From Anaerolineae bacterium (GTDB taxonomy: Bacteria; Chloroflexota; Anaerolineae; 4572-78), in NCBI GenBank assembly GCA_965199695.1, contig OZ241372.1, positions 3,729,782 to 3,793,781 of the forward strand: 64,000 nt of DNA, given 5' to 3'. The stretch's first letter is position 1. Every line of letters begins with the position of its first letter. Made by a program: the position numbers and the translations under genes. Below, piece after piece: positions 38,665-49,545 of this stretch. The notes under the pieces are model-generated. The model was not told the DNA's origin and did no database searches. It saw only the letters and a list, made by a program, of their open reading frames with translations.

Positions 38665-39849
38665 ATGACAAAGCGTAGAGATCGTAGCTGGTGTATTTTA
38701 TGGTCAATGTGGATGTGGACAGGGGCAATGTTTTTGGCTGGCCCCATGGTTTCAACTTGTAGTATGCCAAGCGATCAGGAATATAGGCAGCCTTTTTCAG
38801 GGCCGTTTTATACCGCCACGACAAGCCTCCTCACAGCGACACTTGAGGTTGTGCCGCCGGAAACGCCACCGGCTATAGCTACGATGACCCAAGTGCTGTC
38901 ATTAAAAGTGCCGCCAACCTATACACCCGTTGTCTCTCCGACAAATACCACGAAGCCTACGGCATCGGCCACTGCAACCCCCTCGAAGACTCCGACCTCT
39001 ACCTATACACCGACTTCTACGGCCACTGCTACATCTACTGCAACACATACCCCCACTCAGACACCTAGCGCAACACTAACTGAAACGGCTACGTCAACCG
39101 CAACACGTACACCGACTCCGACGCAAACCCCTGTGCCTACGGAGACACCTAGCGCAACACTAACTGAAACGGCTACGTCAACCGCAACACGCACACCGAC
39201 TCCGACGCAAACCCCTGTGCCTACGGAGACACCTACCGCCGTAGCAACGCATACCCCCTCTCCGACAGCTACACCCGCGACCTTATTTTTCAAGAGTCAT
39301 CAGGGTTTCACATTGGGGTCCGATTATCAGGTCGTAGGCGAAATTGTTAACGGACAAGCATCGCCAGCTTTTGCGGTAAATGTTGTTGCCCAATTTTACG
39401 ATCAGGATGATAACCTATTGGCTACAGAAAGTGCCTTTGCCTATTTAAGTAAGACTGAAGTCCAACAGCGTAACCCCTTTAAAATAATCTTGCCTGATCT
39501 TGGTTCGCAGGTCAATCGTTATGAATTAGACCTGAGCGCAGAAGATGTAAGCCTGATAGATCGGCAACGTTTGACTGTGTTGAGTCAAAATATCCGCCCT
39601 AGTTCAGATACGGAAATGGAAATATTTGGTGAAGTACGTAATGATCACCGGGAATCCATGCAAAGGCTCACCGTGGTTGTTACTTTATATAATGTAAATG
39701 GTCATGTTGTGGATGTGTCACGAGGCATGACCGAAGCCCAGACCTTGGCCTCTCAGGAAACATCCCCCTATGTCATTGAATTTTTAACGCCGGATCTAAT
39801 GTTTGACGACTTTAGCGTTCAGGCTGAAGGAAGTCGAGCGATTTATTAG
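38665..39849 (+). CDS. secreted protein: signal peptide, Pro/Thr-rich linker, two ~85-aa beta-rich C-terminal repeats
   Basis: Signal/TM at the N-terminus; TPT repeat linker containing an exact 28-aa duplication; two related C-terminal modules ([11 protein letters not shown]... / [11 protein letters not shown]...). Confidence 0.6.
   Translation: MTKRRDRSWCILWSMWMWTGAMFLAGPMVSTCSMPSDQEYRQPFSGPFYTATTSLLTATLEVVPPETPPAIATMTQVLSLKVPPTYTPVVSPTNTTKPTASATATPSKTPTSTYTPTSTATATSTATHTPTQTPSATLTETATSTATRTPTPTQTPVPTETPSATLTETATSTATRTPTPTQTPVPTETPTAVATHTPSPTATPATLFFKSHQGFTLGSDYQVVGEIVNGQASPAFAVNVVAQFYDQDDNLLATESAFAYLSKTEVQQRNPFKIILPDLGSQVNRYELDLSAEDVSLIDRQRLTVLSQNIRPSSDTEMEIFGEVRNDHRESMQRLTVVVTLYNVNGHVVDVSRGMTEAQTLASQETSPYVIEFLTPDLMFDDFSVQAEGSRAIY
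39061..39228. repeat. 2 x 84-bp near-perfect tandem duplication inside the PT linker
   Basis: Both copies encode [28 protein letters not shown]. Confidence 0.8.
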
Positions 39850-39982
39850 TGGGTTCGTTATTAGCCATCAGTTATTAGTGGTTAGTGAACTGCTAACTAT
39901 TCACCATAAACTAAAAATGAAGACCTAAGACCTAAAAACTCAGAGCTAATAACTACCCACAAAATACTAAAAGAGGTTATTT

Positions 39983-42900
39983 ATGATAAGTAAGCGTTCG
40001 ATTTTATACGTTGTGTTAACGATGTTCCTCGTCTTGGGATTACAACCTCCTGTATCCACGGGAGCCCAAACATCATCTGATGAAGAGGATGAACCTCCCT
40101 TTGTACCTGGGCAGTTGATTATCGGTTTTCGCGCTGGGGTAACAGGGGAAGAGATTGCTACATTTTATGAAGACTATAATTTTACCGAAGCATCAGATTT
40201 GGATGGCAATCCGAATGATACTGATGAAGAAGAGAAATTGGCTTATGTGCCTGCACAAGTGACGCAAGATTTTATTGCCTCAGTTGAGCGTGATCCGCGG
40301 GTTGAATTTGCCGAGCCTAACTATTTGCTGTCAGTAGATTTTGGGCCAAATGAGTTTATGTGGCCTCAGGCTCTGACCCCAGATGACCCGCAGTTCGATG
40401 AAATGTGGGGTTTAAATAACACGGGGCAAACAGGCGGCACCGATGATGCTGATATAGACGCGCCGGAAGCCTGGGAGATAACCACAGGGTCAACTGAGAT
40501 TTTGGTTGGGGTGATTGATACAGGGGTGGACTATGACCATGAGGACTTAGCCGCCAATATGTGGGTTAATCCTGATGAAATTCCGGATAATGGCATAGAT
40601 GATGATGATAATGGCTATGTCGATGATATACATGGGATTAATGCCATTAATGACAGTGGGGATCCGATGGATGACTTCGGGCATGGCACACACGTCGCTG
40701 GGACGATTGGCGCCAAGGGGGGCAATGGCCTCGGCGTGATTGGGGTGAATTGGGATATTCGAATTATCGCTTGTAAGTTTCTTGGGGCTAGCGGTGGGGG
40801 GAATAGTGCAAATGCGGTCAAGTGTTTTAAGTATTTTAATCAATTAAAAGCCAAGGGATATAAGGTCCTTATTACGAATAATAGTTGGGGTGGGGGTGGT
40901 TTTTCCCAAGCCTTGAAAGAGGCGATGGCAGCGACAGACCAGCCAGACAATACACCAATTTTGCATGTTTGTGCGGCTGGGAATGCTGGAAATGATAATG
41001 ACTCTATACCAGCCTATCCGGGCAGTTATGATTTGGACAATATTCTCGCTGTGGCCGCCACGGATCATCATGATCTCTATGCCAGCTTTTCCAGCTATGG
41101 CGCAGTGGCTGTCGATTTGGCTGCCCCTGGGGTAGAGATTCTTTCGACTGTCCCGACAGGCAATTGTGCGCTTTGTGATCCGACTGGTTATGAATTTGTC
41201 AACGGAACGTCTATGTCCACGCCCCATGTGGCTGGCACAGCGGCCTTGATTTGGGCGCAATATCCTGATTCAACCTATCTCCAAGTGATTCAACGCCTGT
41301 TGTCGGGGGTTGATCCTTTAGATGATACGAGTAAGGCCACTGTGACGAATGGTCGCTTGAATGCGTTTAATGCTTTGGAGGATGATTCAAGCCCGCCAGC
41401 AGCGGTGAATGACTTGGCTATAGACAATGCTGGTTTGGCTTCTATCACCCTCAGGTGGCAGGCGACAGGCGATGATGGCCTAGAGGGGACGGCCAATGGC
41501 TATGATATTCGTTATTCAGATGTTGGGCCCTTTGATTGGGAGACAGCGACCAAAGTGAGCGATGAGCCTAAGCCCCAAGCGGCTGGGGAGACAGAAACTT
41601 TTGCCGTTTCAGGTTTAGATCCTAGTACAACCTATCATTTTGCGATTAGAGTGCTGGATAACGTAGGCAATGCCTCTGAACTATCAAACATCGTGACAGG
41701 CAACACCAAGGCGGGGTCGCCAATTTTTGAGGATGATGTGGAAAGCGGAGAAGGGGAGTGGACCATAGCTGATGATGATGCCCTGTGGCACATCTCTGAA
41801 CATCGCGCCAATAGCCCCCAGAATGCTTGGTATTATGGGATTGAAGGAACTTGGAATTATGATACTGGCGGCCCTAATTCTGGAACGCTGACATCCCCGC
41901 CAATTGACCTAAGTGACACACCCGAAGCCTTGTTAACCTTCTATGAGTGGAGCGAAGTCGAAACGAACAACAGCTATGACCGGACGCGGGTTCAAATTTC
42001 ACTGGATGGCAAAAACTGGGAGACAATCTTTGAATCTCATGGCACCAATGATACCTGGATAAAACGAGTGATTGACCTCACATCGTATGTGGATGAAGAG
42101 ATTCAACTGCGCTTCTGGTTTGATACCATCGACGGCCTGTTTAATACCTTCGAGGGGTGGTATATTGATGATGTGACGGTGTTTGGGCTCTCTAAAGAAC
42201 CGCCTCCAGCCCAGTCGAATTTGCTGATCCCTGAAAGTAATGTGGGACTAAATCCAGCCGACCCCCAAGCTGGGGACGAGATTGTGATTCGAGCCACGAT
42301 TTTGAACAACGGCACGAGCATCGCGAGTGATGTTACTGTCATGTTCTTTGATCTTTCTCAAGATGAGGGAAAGGCCCCGAAGCCCATTGGCCAGCCTCAG
42401 ATCATTGAGCGGATTGCGCCTGGTGGTAGTGGTCAGGCTAAGATTACTTATAGCCCTGACCCAGCAGAAATGAGTTTACATCAACCTAGCCAGCGGGCTA
42501 TTCAAGTCGTGGTTGATCCGAATAATACCATTGTTGAGGGGAATGAGACGGATAATGAAACAACGAAGAATTTCCAGATCGCCCCAGCACCTAGTCCGAA
42601 TTTGGTTATCTTAGAAAGTAACATAGGCCTTAGCCGAGCTGAACCTGTTTCCGGCGAAGAAATTTTCATCAAGGCGACCGTATTGAATCAAGGCACAGCC
42701 GGTGCTAGTGAGGTCGCGGTTCTGTTTATCGATGTCACGGATGGGACTTCAATACCGATTGGCCCCCAACAGATTATAGAGACGGTCCCGGCTGGAGGAA
42801 GTGGCCTGGTGCAGGTACGCTATGATACTTCAGGCAAGGTCGGGGAACGACAAATTCAGGTCTTGGTCGACCCGAATAATATCATTCAGGAAACGCCTGA

Positions 42901-45900
42901 ATCTGATCCGAATGGGGCCAATGATAATCAAGCCCAGAAAACCTTAACCATTCACGCCACCGCTTTGTCCAACTTGGTGGCGCGATCTGACAATATCGGC
43001 TTTGATCAGCCCTCGCCCAATTGGGGGGATGAGGTAACGATCAGCGCAGTGATTGGCAATGATGGTCAGGCTGAGGCGAACCAGGTGATGGTATTATTTG
43101 TCGATGCTACAGATAGCAGCGGTTCTACAGAAACTGCGCCTGTGCCTATTGGCCTCCCCCAAATAATTAAAACCATTGCTGCTGGTAGTAGCCAGCGTGT
43201 TCAAGTAGGCTATAGACTGCCCGAACAAAGCGGGGTGAGCGGTCATTCGCCTTCGCTAGAACGCGAGATTCTGGTTGTTATTGATCCTTATAATGTCATC
43301 CCTGAAACAACGGAAAGTGATAATGAAGCCCAAGCGACACTTTCAGTGACACCGCCCCCAGCCCCGAACTTGGTGGTGCAAGCTGAGACAATTGGGATTC
43401 ATCCCGCTACCCCAAGCGTTGGCCAGGCGGTCACGCTTCGGGCGATCATCTTCAATAAGGGGACGGCTGAAGCCAAGCCTGGGGCAGCAGATGAGATCTT
43501 GGTCTTGTTTGTGGATGCCACAGGCGGCGAGTTGATCCCCATTGGCCCGCCACAGACCTTGCCCAGTCTGGCTCCTGGTACAAGTACGGTCATCGAAATA
43601 GCCTATGATGCGCCGGGGAAAGTAGGCGAGCGGCTTATTCAAGTGATCCTTGATCCAGATAATGTTTTGCTTGAAAGCGATGAAAGCGATAATGAAGCCA
43701 AACGTACTTTGACCGTAACCGCCCTACCCAAACCAAATTTGGTTGTCACTGCGGATAATATTGGCTTTGATCCGCCTGAGCCAATGAATGGTGAATCGGT
43801 CACGATACATGCTGCTATTTTGAACACAGGTAACGCAGAGGCTCAGGCAGTTCTGATTAAGTTCGTTGATATAACAGGCGGTGGAGCACGTTTGATTGGT
43901 GAACCGCAAACAATAGACGTAATCCCAGCCGGGTCGAGTGACCGTGTTGAGATTTCTTATTTAGCTAGGAGTCGTGGTGAGCGTGAGATTGCGGTAGAGG
44001 TTGATCCAAATAATACGATTGTTGAGCGTGCAGAAGATGACAACAAAGCTAGTCAAGTTTTATCTATTCGATCTCTCGCAGGCCCTAACCTATCCCTTCT
44101 GGACAGTAATATTGGCATTGACCCGGCCGAGCCAGCAGATGGCGAAACGATAACGATTAGGGCCGTGGTCCTCAACACAGGCGGTCGCCGGGTGTCTAAT
44201 GTAACAGTCTCGGTGATTGATGTGACCGAAGGAGGGATTGTGCCGATTGGGGGGCCTCAAACCATCTCTTCCATTGCGCCAGGCGGCAGCGGAAGCATTC
44301 AGATACCTTATAACCCCTTTGGGCGACTTGGAACGTTGCGCTTGCCTGGCCAAGTTGTCAGTCAGGCGCGTGAGCGGCAGATTCAGGTGGTGGTTGATCC
44401 GAATAATACCATTTCTGAGACCGATGAAATGGATAATATGGCGACCAGAGGGGTGACCATAGCCTCGCCGCCTGTGCCGAATTTACTTGTCCCCGTCGAT
44501 AACATTAGTGTTACTCCCAGTCAACCGCGTATGGGTGAAGATGTGACTCTGAGAGCTGTTATCCTCAACGATGGTGATGCTGAAGCAAGCGATATCAGCG
44601 TGATGTTTGTTGATATCACAGATAATGGCTTTGTACCAATTGACTCCTTGCAAACGATTTCTAACTTGGAGCCAGGTGGTAGCAAGGCTGTCCAAGTTCG
44701 CTATGAGACACGCCATAGAGGCCCGTCTAATGAGGCCGATGGCCCTGTCGGCAGCAGCGTTTCCACAAGTGAACGTCAAATTCGGGTCATCGTTGATCCC
44801 AATAATACGGTCCCCGAAGCAAGAGAGAGTGATAATGAGGCAGTGAAGACCTTTGTCATCACCCCACTCCCTAAACCGAATTTGGTGATGTTTGCTAGCA
44901 ATATCGGCTTGAATGTGGCCGAGGTGAAAACAGGGACACCCCTTACGGTCACAGCCACAATTATTAATGATGGCGGAGCTCCCGCGAGTGGGGTCAGGGT
45001 GTTGTTTGCTGATGTGACTGGGGGCACTGCTAAACCTCTTGACGATTTACAGGTGATCTCTGAAATTCCGCCGGGTGGCAGTGGTGTGGCCCAATTGGTG
45101 TATAATACGCTGGGACGTTCGGGGGAACGGATTTTGCACATCATGATTGATCCGAATAATACCATTCCTGAGGCGGTTGAGGATGATAATCAAGCAGAGA
45201 AAAGCTTCACCATTAGCCCCCCGCCTAGGGCAAACTTAGTCATTCTAGAAAATAATATTGGTCTTCATCCGCAGGAGCCGCTAGTCGGTCAAACCGTGAC
45301 GCTACATGCGACCATCCTTAATGATGGAGATGCTTCAGTGAAAGATGTGGCGGTTCGCTTTGTTGATGTGACTGATGGAGCGAATCAGAACGGTAGTTTG
45401 GGAGCCATACCGATTGGTGAGGTACAGATGATTGCCAGTATTCCGCCAGGGAGCAGCGGATCGGTGCAAGTCAATTATGATACCAGTGCTAAGGTCGGTC
45501 AACGTCAGATTGAGGTGATTGTTGATCCTCATAACCTGATTGGGGAGGCGAAGGAATCTGATAATACGCAGATAAAGACATTTATGGTAGCCGCCTTAGC
45601 CAAGCCCAATCTGGTGATTCAAGCGGATAGCATTAGTCTGAACCCGCTTCAGCCTCAGGCAGGTGATGTGGTCTTGCTAAACGCAGTGGTGATGAATAAG
45701 GGGACTGCGCCAGCACGAGAGGTGATGGTTAAGTTTGTCGATGTCACAGACGGGGGTTCAATCCCCGTGGGTACACTGCAAATTTTATCGGCTCCAGATG
45801 GCGATACGGTTATTATGCCTGGTAGCAGCGGCACAGTTGAGGTGATGTACGATACACATAAGCAGGTCGGGGGCGGTGCTTTTGAAACCGAACGTGAGAT

Positions 45901-47647
45901 TGCAGTGGTCGTTGACCCGACTAATGCCATTGTTGAGGCAGATGAAAAGGATAATGAGGCTAAGAAAGTGATCAACGTCATGGCTCTGCCTGCACCAAAT
46001 TTAGTGCTTGAGGCGGCCAATCTTGGCTTTAATCCGTCTCATCCGACCGTTGGTGATGAGGTCGTTCTGTATGCTACTGTCTTGAATAAAGGGACAGCCG
46101 CAGCGCACCATGTTGAGGTAACGTTTATTGATGACACAGATGAGTCACGATTGATTGGGTTGCCACAGGGGATTGAGACGATTGCCCCTGGAGATAGTGC
46201 TGAGGTGCAGGTCAGCTATAATACACAGGATGTGCGTTCGCTAAGGAACGAGTTAGATGCTCGTAAGATCAAAGTGGTTGCTGACCCCAATAATTTAATT
46301 TTAGAAGCAAATGAAAGCGATAATGAAGCGACAAAAGAACTCAGCATTGCCGCTGTCGCAGCCTCTAACTTAGTGGTCTACGCAGACAATATCGGCACAC
46401 ACCCAGTCTCACCGGTTGTCGGCGATGAAGTGACGCTCAACGCAGTTATTCTGAACACTGGCTCTGCTGAAGCGAAGGATATTTTGGTGATATTTCTGGA
46501 TGTGACGGGTGAGGTGGCCCTGCCCATCGGTAAACCGCAGCAAATTGCTGGGCCTGATGGTACAAGCAGTTTGGCCCCAGGTAGCAGTGCGGCGGTGCAG
46601 ATTGTGTACGATACGACTGGTCAAGTAGGCGAACGACAGATTGAAGTGGTGGTTGATCCAAATAACCTCATTCCTGAAACAGAGGAAGATGACAACAGGG
46701 CGATTAAATCGATTTTGGTGGAATCCATGTCCGCGCCCAATCTGGTCATGTTAGCGAACAATGTTGGCTTGCATCCAGTGGGGCCAACTGTCGGTGATGA
46801 GGTTAGCTTAAAGGCAGTTGTTTTGAATCAGGGAGGTGTTGCAGCGAAAGATGTTATGGTTTTATTTGTTGATGTGACAGACGGCGATGCCCTGCCAATT
46901 GGCAAACCCCAGATAATCGCTTCGATTGAGGTGGGTAGTAGTCGTATGGTTGAAACGCGGTATGATACCACGAATAAAGTGGGTGAACGCTTGATTCAAG
47001 TCGTGGTTGATCCCAATAATCTTATCGCTGAAAATAATGAAGGCGATAATAAGGCCCTGAAGAGTCTTAATGTTGTACCGCCGCCTGAACCGACCCCGAC
47101 CATTACGCCGACCCCAACCCCATCGCCAACGCAGGCTCCAACTGATACACCTGCCCCGACTCCAACAATTGCTCCAACTGATACACCTGCCCCGACTCCA
47201 ACAGGTAGTCCAACGCCCACGCCGCCTGCCGATGACCCAAGTCCAACGGAAACAGTCTCTCCGACACCGCCGGGCGACGAACCGCCAGAAACACCTGAGC
47301 CTGAGCCGAGCATGCCCCCAGAGAGTACCCCGACACCAGATGAAAATGCCCCAACAGCAACGGCTCCGGCAGATGAGGTCACGCCAACTGCGACATCTGA
47401 GCCAGAAGATGGTCCAACAGGAACTCCGACAGTTTCTTCAGTTTCAGCATTGCCGCCGGAAATACTAGCACCTATTAGATCTGCTGATTCTGTAGGCAAT
47501 CTTTCCAACGGAAACGGCGTTTCTACGATGGCGATGCCACTTAATCAGGCTTCTGAGGAAACAGCATTTCCGAGGGGGGGGATGACAGTCAACCCTAAAG
47601 TTATACTTAGCACGGACATAAATGTAATTTTTAGGGAACGCAGATAA
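39983..47647 (+). CDS. giant secreted subtilisin-like (S8) peptidase with FN3 and lectin/MAM-like domains, 13 CARDB repeats and a PT-rich tail
   Basis: Signal peptide. S8 triad: VIDTGVD (~40510), HGTHVAG (~40685), GTSMSTPHVAG (~41205). Thirteen ~125-aa repeats PNLV..DNIG..P.EP..G..V.....NEG.A.A..V.V.F.DVT.G...PIG.PQ.I....AGSS....V.YDT..KVGER.I.VVVDPNN.I.E..E.DN.A. Confidence 0.85.
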   Translation: MISKRSILYVVLTMFLVLGLQPPVSTGAQTSSDEEDEPPFVPGQLIIGFRAGVTGEEIATFYEDYNFTEASDLDGNPNDTDEEEKLAYVPAQVTQDFIASVERDPRVEFAEPNYLLSVDFGPNEFMWPQALTPDDPQFDEMWGLNNTGQTGGTDDADIDAPEAWEITTGSTEILVGVIDTGVDYDHEDLAANMWVNPDEIPDNGIDDDDNGYVDDIHGINAINDSGDPMDDFGHGTHVAGTIGAKGGNGLGVIGVNWDIRIIACKFLGASGGGNSANAVKCFKYFNQLKAKGYKVLITNNSWGGGGFSQALKEAMAATDQPDNTPILHVCAAGNAGNDNDSIPAYPGSYDLDNILAVAATDHHDLYASFSSYGAVAVDLAAPGVEILSTVPTGNCALCDPTGYEFVNGTSMSTPHVAGTAALIWAQYPDSTYLQVIQRLLSGVDPLDDTSKATVTNGRLNAFNALEDDSSPPAAVNDLAIDNAGLASITLRWQATGDDGLEGTANGYDIRYSDVGPFDWETATKVSDEPKPQAAGETETFAVSGLDPSTTYHFAIRVLDNVGNASELSNIVTGNTKAGSPIFEDDVESGEGEWTIADDDALWHISEHRANSPQNAWYYGIEGTWNYDTGGPNSGTLTSPPIDLSDTPEALLTFYEWSEVETNNSYDRTRVQISLDGKNWETIFESHGTNDTWIKRVIDLTSYVDEEIQLRFWFDTIDGLFNTFEGWYIDDVTVFGLSKEPPPAQSNLLIPESNVGLNPADPQAGDEIVIRATILNNGTSIASDVTVMFFDLSQDEGKAPKPIGQPQIIERIAPGGSGQAKITYSPDPAEMSLHQPSQRAIQVVVDPNNTIVEGNETDNETTKNFQIAPAPSPNLVILESNIGLSRAEPVSGEEIFIKATVLNQGTAGASEVAVLFIDVTDGTSIPIGPQQIIETVPAGGSGLVQVRYDTSGKVGERQIQVLVDPNNIIQETPESDPNGANDNQAQKTLTIHATALSNLVARSDNIGFDQPSPNWGDEVTISAVIGNDGQAEANQVMVLFVDATDSSGSTETAPVPIGLPQIIKTIAAGSSQRVQVGYRLPEQSGVSGHSPSLEREILVVIDPYNVIPETTESDNEAQATLSVTPPPAPNLVVQAETIGIHPATPSVGQAVTLRAIIFNKGTAEAKPGAADEILVLFVDATGGELIPIGPPQTLPSLAPGTSTVIEIAYDAPGKVGERLIQVILDPDNVLLESDESDNEAKRTLTVTALPKPNLVVTADNIGFDPPEPMNGESVTIHAAILNTGNAEAQAVLIKFVDITGGGARLIGEPQTIDVIPAGSSDRVEISYLARSRGEREIAVEVDPNNTIVERAEDDNKASQVLSIRSLAGPNLSLLDSNIGIDPAEPADGETITIRAVVLNTGGRRVSNVTVSVIDVTEGGIVPIGGPQTISSIAPGGSGSIQIPYNPFGRLGTLRLPGQVVSQARERQIQVVVDPNNTISETDEMDNMATRGVTIASPPVPNLLVPVDNISVTPSQPRMGEDVTLRAVILNDGDAEASDISVMFVDITDNGFVPIDSLQTISNLEPGGSKAVQVRYETRHRGPSNEADGPVGSSVSTSERQIRVIVDPNNTVPEARESDNEAVKTFVITPLPKPNLVMFASNIGLNVAEVKTGTPLTVTATIINDGGAPASGVRVLFADVTGGTAKPLDDLQVISEIPPGGSGVAQLVYNTLGRSGERILHIMIDPNNTIPEAVEDDNQAEKSFTISPPPRANLVILENNIGLHPQEPLVGQTVTLHATILNDGDASVKDVAVRFVDVTDGANQNGSLGAIPIGEVQMIASIPPGSSGSVQVNYDTSAKVGQRQIEVIVDPHNLIGEAKESDNTQIKTFMVAALAKPNLVIQADSISLNPLQPQAGDVVLLNAVVMNKGTAPAREVMVKFVDVTDGGSIPVGTLQILSAPDGDTVIMPGSSGTVEVMYDTHKQVGGGAFETEREIAVVVDPTNAIVEADEKDNEAKKVINVMALPAPNLVLEAANLGFNPSHPTVGDEVVLYATVLNKGTAAAHHVEVTFIDDTDESRLIGLPQGIETIAPGDSAEVQVSYNTQDVRSLRNELDARKIKVVADPNNLILEANESDNEATKELSIAAVAASNLVVYADNIGTHPVSPVVGDEVTLNAVILNTGSAEAKDILVIFLDVTGEVALPIGKPQQIAGPDGTSSLAPGSSAAVQIVYDTTGQVGERQIEVVVDPNNLIPETEEDDNRAIKSILVESMSAPNLVMLANNVGLHPVGPTVGDEVSLKAVVLNQGGVAAKDVMVLFVDVTDGDALPIGKPQIIASIEVGSSRMVETRYDTTNKVGERLIQVVVDPNNLIAENNEGDNKALKSLNVVPPPEPTPTITPTPTPSPTQAPTDTPAPTPTIAPTDTPAPTPTGSPTPTPPADDPSPTETVSPTPPGDEPPETPEPEPSMPPESTPTPDENAPTATAPADEVTPTATSEPEDGPTGTPTVSSVSALPPEILAPIRSADSVGNLSNGNGVSTMAMPLNQASEETAFPRGGMTVNPKVILSTDINVIFRERR
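42203..47090. repeat. array of 13 coding CARDB-like repeats, period ~370-390 nt
   Basis: Repeat boundaries read from the protein (..SNLLIPESNVG.. through ..APNLVMLANNVG..). Divergent at DNA level. Confidence 0.7.
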
Positions 47648-47998
47648 ACGCTGATTTTTTTAATGATCTGCGAAAATCTGTGTTCATCTGCGTCCTATTT
47701 CAAAACCAAATCTTAAGCTTATACCCGCGTCCAGTATAAGGAATGGAGAATTAATGAACTTACCCATTGCTGGTTCCCAAACTCAGTTTAGGAACCAGCA
47801 GTGGGTCATGAAATGCAATTGGCTGAAGACTATATTATTGTAGACATCCTGAATGAGGATCCTGGTATTCAGAGTCGCATTCTTGTGGATATTTTATAAC
47901 AATTTCTAACTCATTTCGACTTGGCAAAGCCCGACTGGTTACATCATCAGCAAAACGCTGAATCCATTCTAAGCCTCGCCCTTGGGGATGATTTGGCT

Positions 47999-48256
47999 CT
48001 ATCCTTGATCAATAATTAATAAGATCAGCGCATTGTCATTTGTAGAGACGATTATCTGCACATTCAGGTCTGCATTTTCACCGTTGCCCTGTTCAATGGC
48101 ATTTGCTACAGCCTCGCCAACAATGGTCATAAGGTCATTTAGACGTTCAGCTGGTACCTTTAATTTTTTAGCCAAACTGATGATAGGGTCTATCACAAAT
48201 TTTTCATAGCCTAAGGTACTAGCAATCGAGATACTCAACAGTTCCGTCGTCTCCAT
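47999..48256 (-). pseudogene. anti-sigma regulatory factor (RsbW/SpoIIAB-like HATPase) N-terminal fragment
   Basis: MTIVGEAVANAIEQGNGEN...ILLIIDQG resembles the N-box and start of the G1 box, then two in-frame TAG codons interrupt the rest. Confidence 0.3.
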
Positions 48257-48443
48257 AAACTATATCCCCATAAAACAATTAGCAATGAACTAATGAACAA
48301 TTGTCTGTTAATGGCTTCTTGGCTAATGGCTAATTACTAATTGTTCTTTAATTTTTGGAACTCCCTAATACAAATTTTAGCTGTTTCCATAACATATACC
48401 TAAAATGGAGGGGACATTCTGTCAAATCGGACGATTCTGCTGA

Positions 48444-49343
48444 TCATTCTAAGGAAATACGTTCAAAAATTGCCAACGTATATTCATGTCCTTCATTCTC
48501 ATCCACCTGCCTCAACCAAGTTTGCTCCGAGACAACTTGTGTACAAGAGCCATAAGTACACAGCGTGATGGGCCGAATTTGGGCTTCGTATTTAAGGCGG
48601 GTTAAAACTGTTTGTAAAATTTCACCTTTAAAAGGGGTGAACATAAAAAATACTGTTCCTGTCGTATAGTCAGCCTCTCGGGCATCCTCATTTACAAAAT
48701 GGATGTTTTGTAATCCTAAAGCCTTAATACAAGCTTCAGCATAAGCAATGTAAGCTGGCTCGATTTCGACTCCAACGACCTGAGCCTCTGTCAACAACTT
48801 GATCAAAATTGCCACATGCCCTAACCCTGCTCCCAAATCGTAAAATACATCAGTGTGACGCAAGTGTACTTGCTCGACCAAGGTTAAAATGATATTTGCT
48901 GGGGTGGGTTCAAGATGAACCATCTCTGGGTGACGTGGCTCAGTAGTTTTTGGGACTTGATCAAGCTTTAGCAGGCCATCTAAAAGGATATCTAGACCAT
49001 TATAGCCAATTTGGATACAATTTGCATTTGGTGTAGCATATTGTATGGCCTGCTCGAATAAGGTTCGTAAATCAAAGGCAGAACAAGTATCTGTTTGGAT
49101 GCCAGTTCTCAGGGTTTGGCAAAATTGACGATCAATATGATTTAATTTTTGCTTCAAGGATTTCGCCCGTTGCCATAAATTCGCGACCCCTGTGAAAGCT
49201 AGGTTCACCCGCATTTTCTCAATCTGCTCAATAAAATCGACCAAATCGATGGCCTCAGCCCTACCCATGAAGTTCAAGGGGTCTAAGAGACTCATATCTT
49301 GTTCAAACATAAGCAAATCTTGTTCTAATTTACTAAAATCCAT
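48444..49343 (-). CDS. class I SAM-dependent methyltransferase with ~130-aa N-terminal extension
   Basis: Motif I VFYDLGAGLGHV and motif II VVGVEIE. Confidence 0.7.
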   Translation of the reverse strand: MDFSKLEQDLLMFEQDMSLLDPLNFMGRAEAIDLVDFIEQIEKMRVNLAFTGVANLWQRAKSLKQKLNHIDRQFCQTLRTGIQTDTCSAFDLRTLFEQAIQYATPNANCIQIGYNGLDILLDGLLKLDQVPKTTEPRHPEMVHLEPTPANIILTLVEQVHLRHTDVFYDLGAGLGHVAILIKLLTEAQVVGVEIEPAYIAYAEACIKALGLQNIHFVNEDAREADYTTGTVFFMFTPFKGEILQTVLTRLKYEAQIRPITLCTYGSCTQVVSEQTWLRQVDENEGHEYTLAIFERISLE

Positions 49344-49545
49344 ATTTTGAATCCAATATTATAGCCAAAAGGCGTAACGATAGAGCGAGTTATTCTGCGC
49401 CATTCGTGCTAAAAAATGTTCCTGAGTAAAAGGCTTCTTTTTGTTCCCTGTTTTTAAGCGTGATATACTCCCCCTTCGTGTTTTACAACTGTCCAAAAAG
49501 TCAACTTTTTTCCTCGTAGCGTATACGATATTTTTGGAGGCCATT

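Noticed and set aside
42203-47090. Possible CRISPR array suggested by regular repeats
   Set aside because: Period is ~375 nt and the units are protein-coding CARDB domains with divergent DNA. No short direct repeats with unique spacers were found anywhere in the window.
46996-47508. Gly/Val/Ser-rich and Arg/Gln-rich ORFs overlapping the 3' end of the giant protease
   Set aside because: Alternative-frame or antisense read-through of the Pro/Thr-coding linker. Same explanation for 39057..39293, 9395..9604, 54038..54295 and 59977..60231.
47560-47647. Possible PEP-CTERM signal at the C-terminus of the giant protease
   Set aside because: The tail (…AFPRGGMTVNPKVILSTDINVIFRERR) has no PEP motif and no hydrophobic helix.
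47813-47899. 29-codon ORF resembling the start of a STAS anti-sigma antagonist
   Set aside because: Too short and similarity weak. Mentioned only in the context of the RsbW-like fragment.
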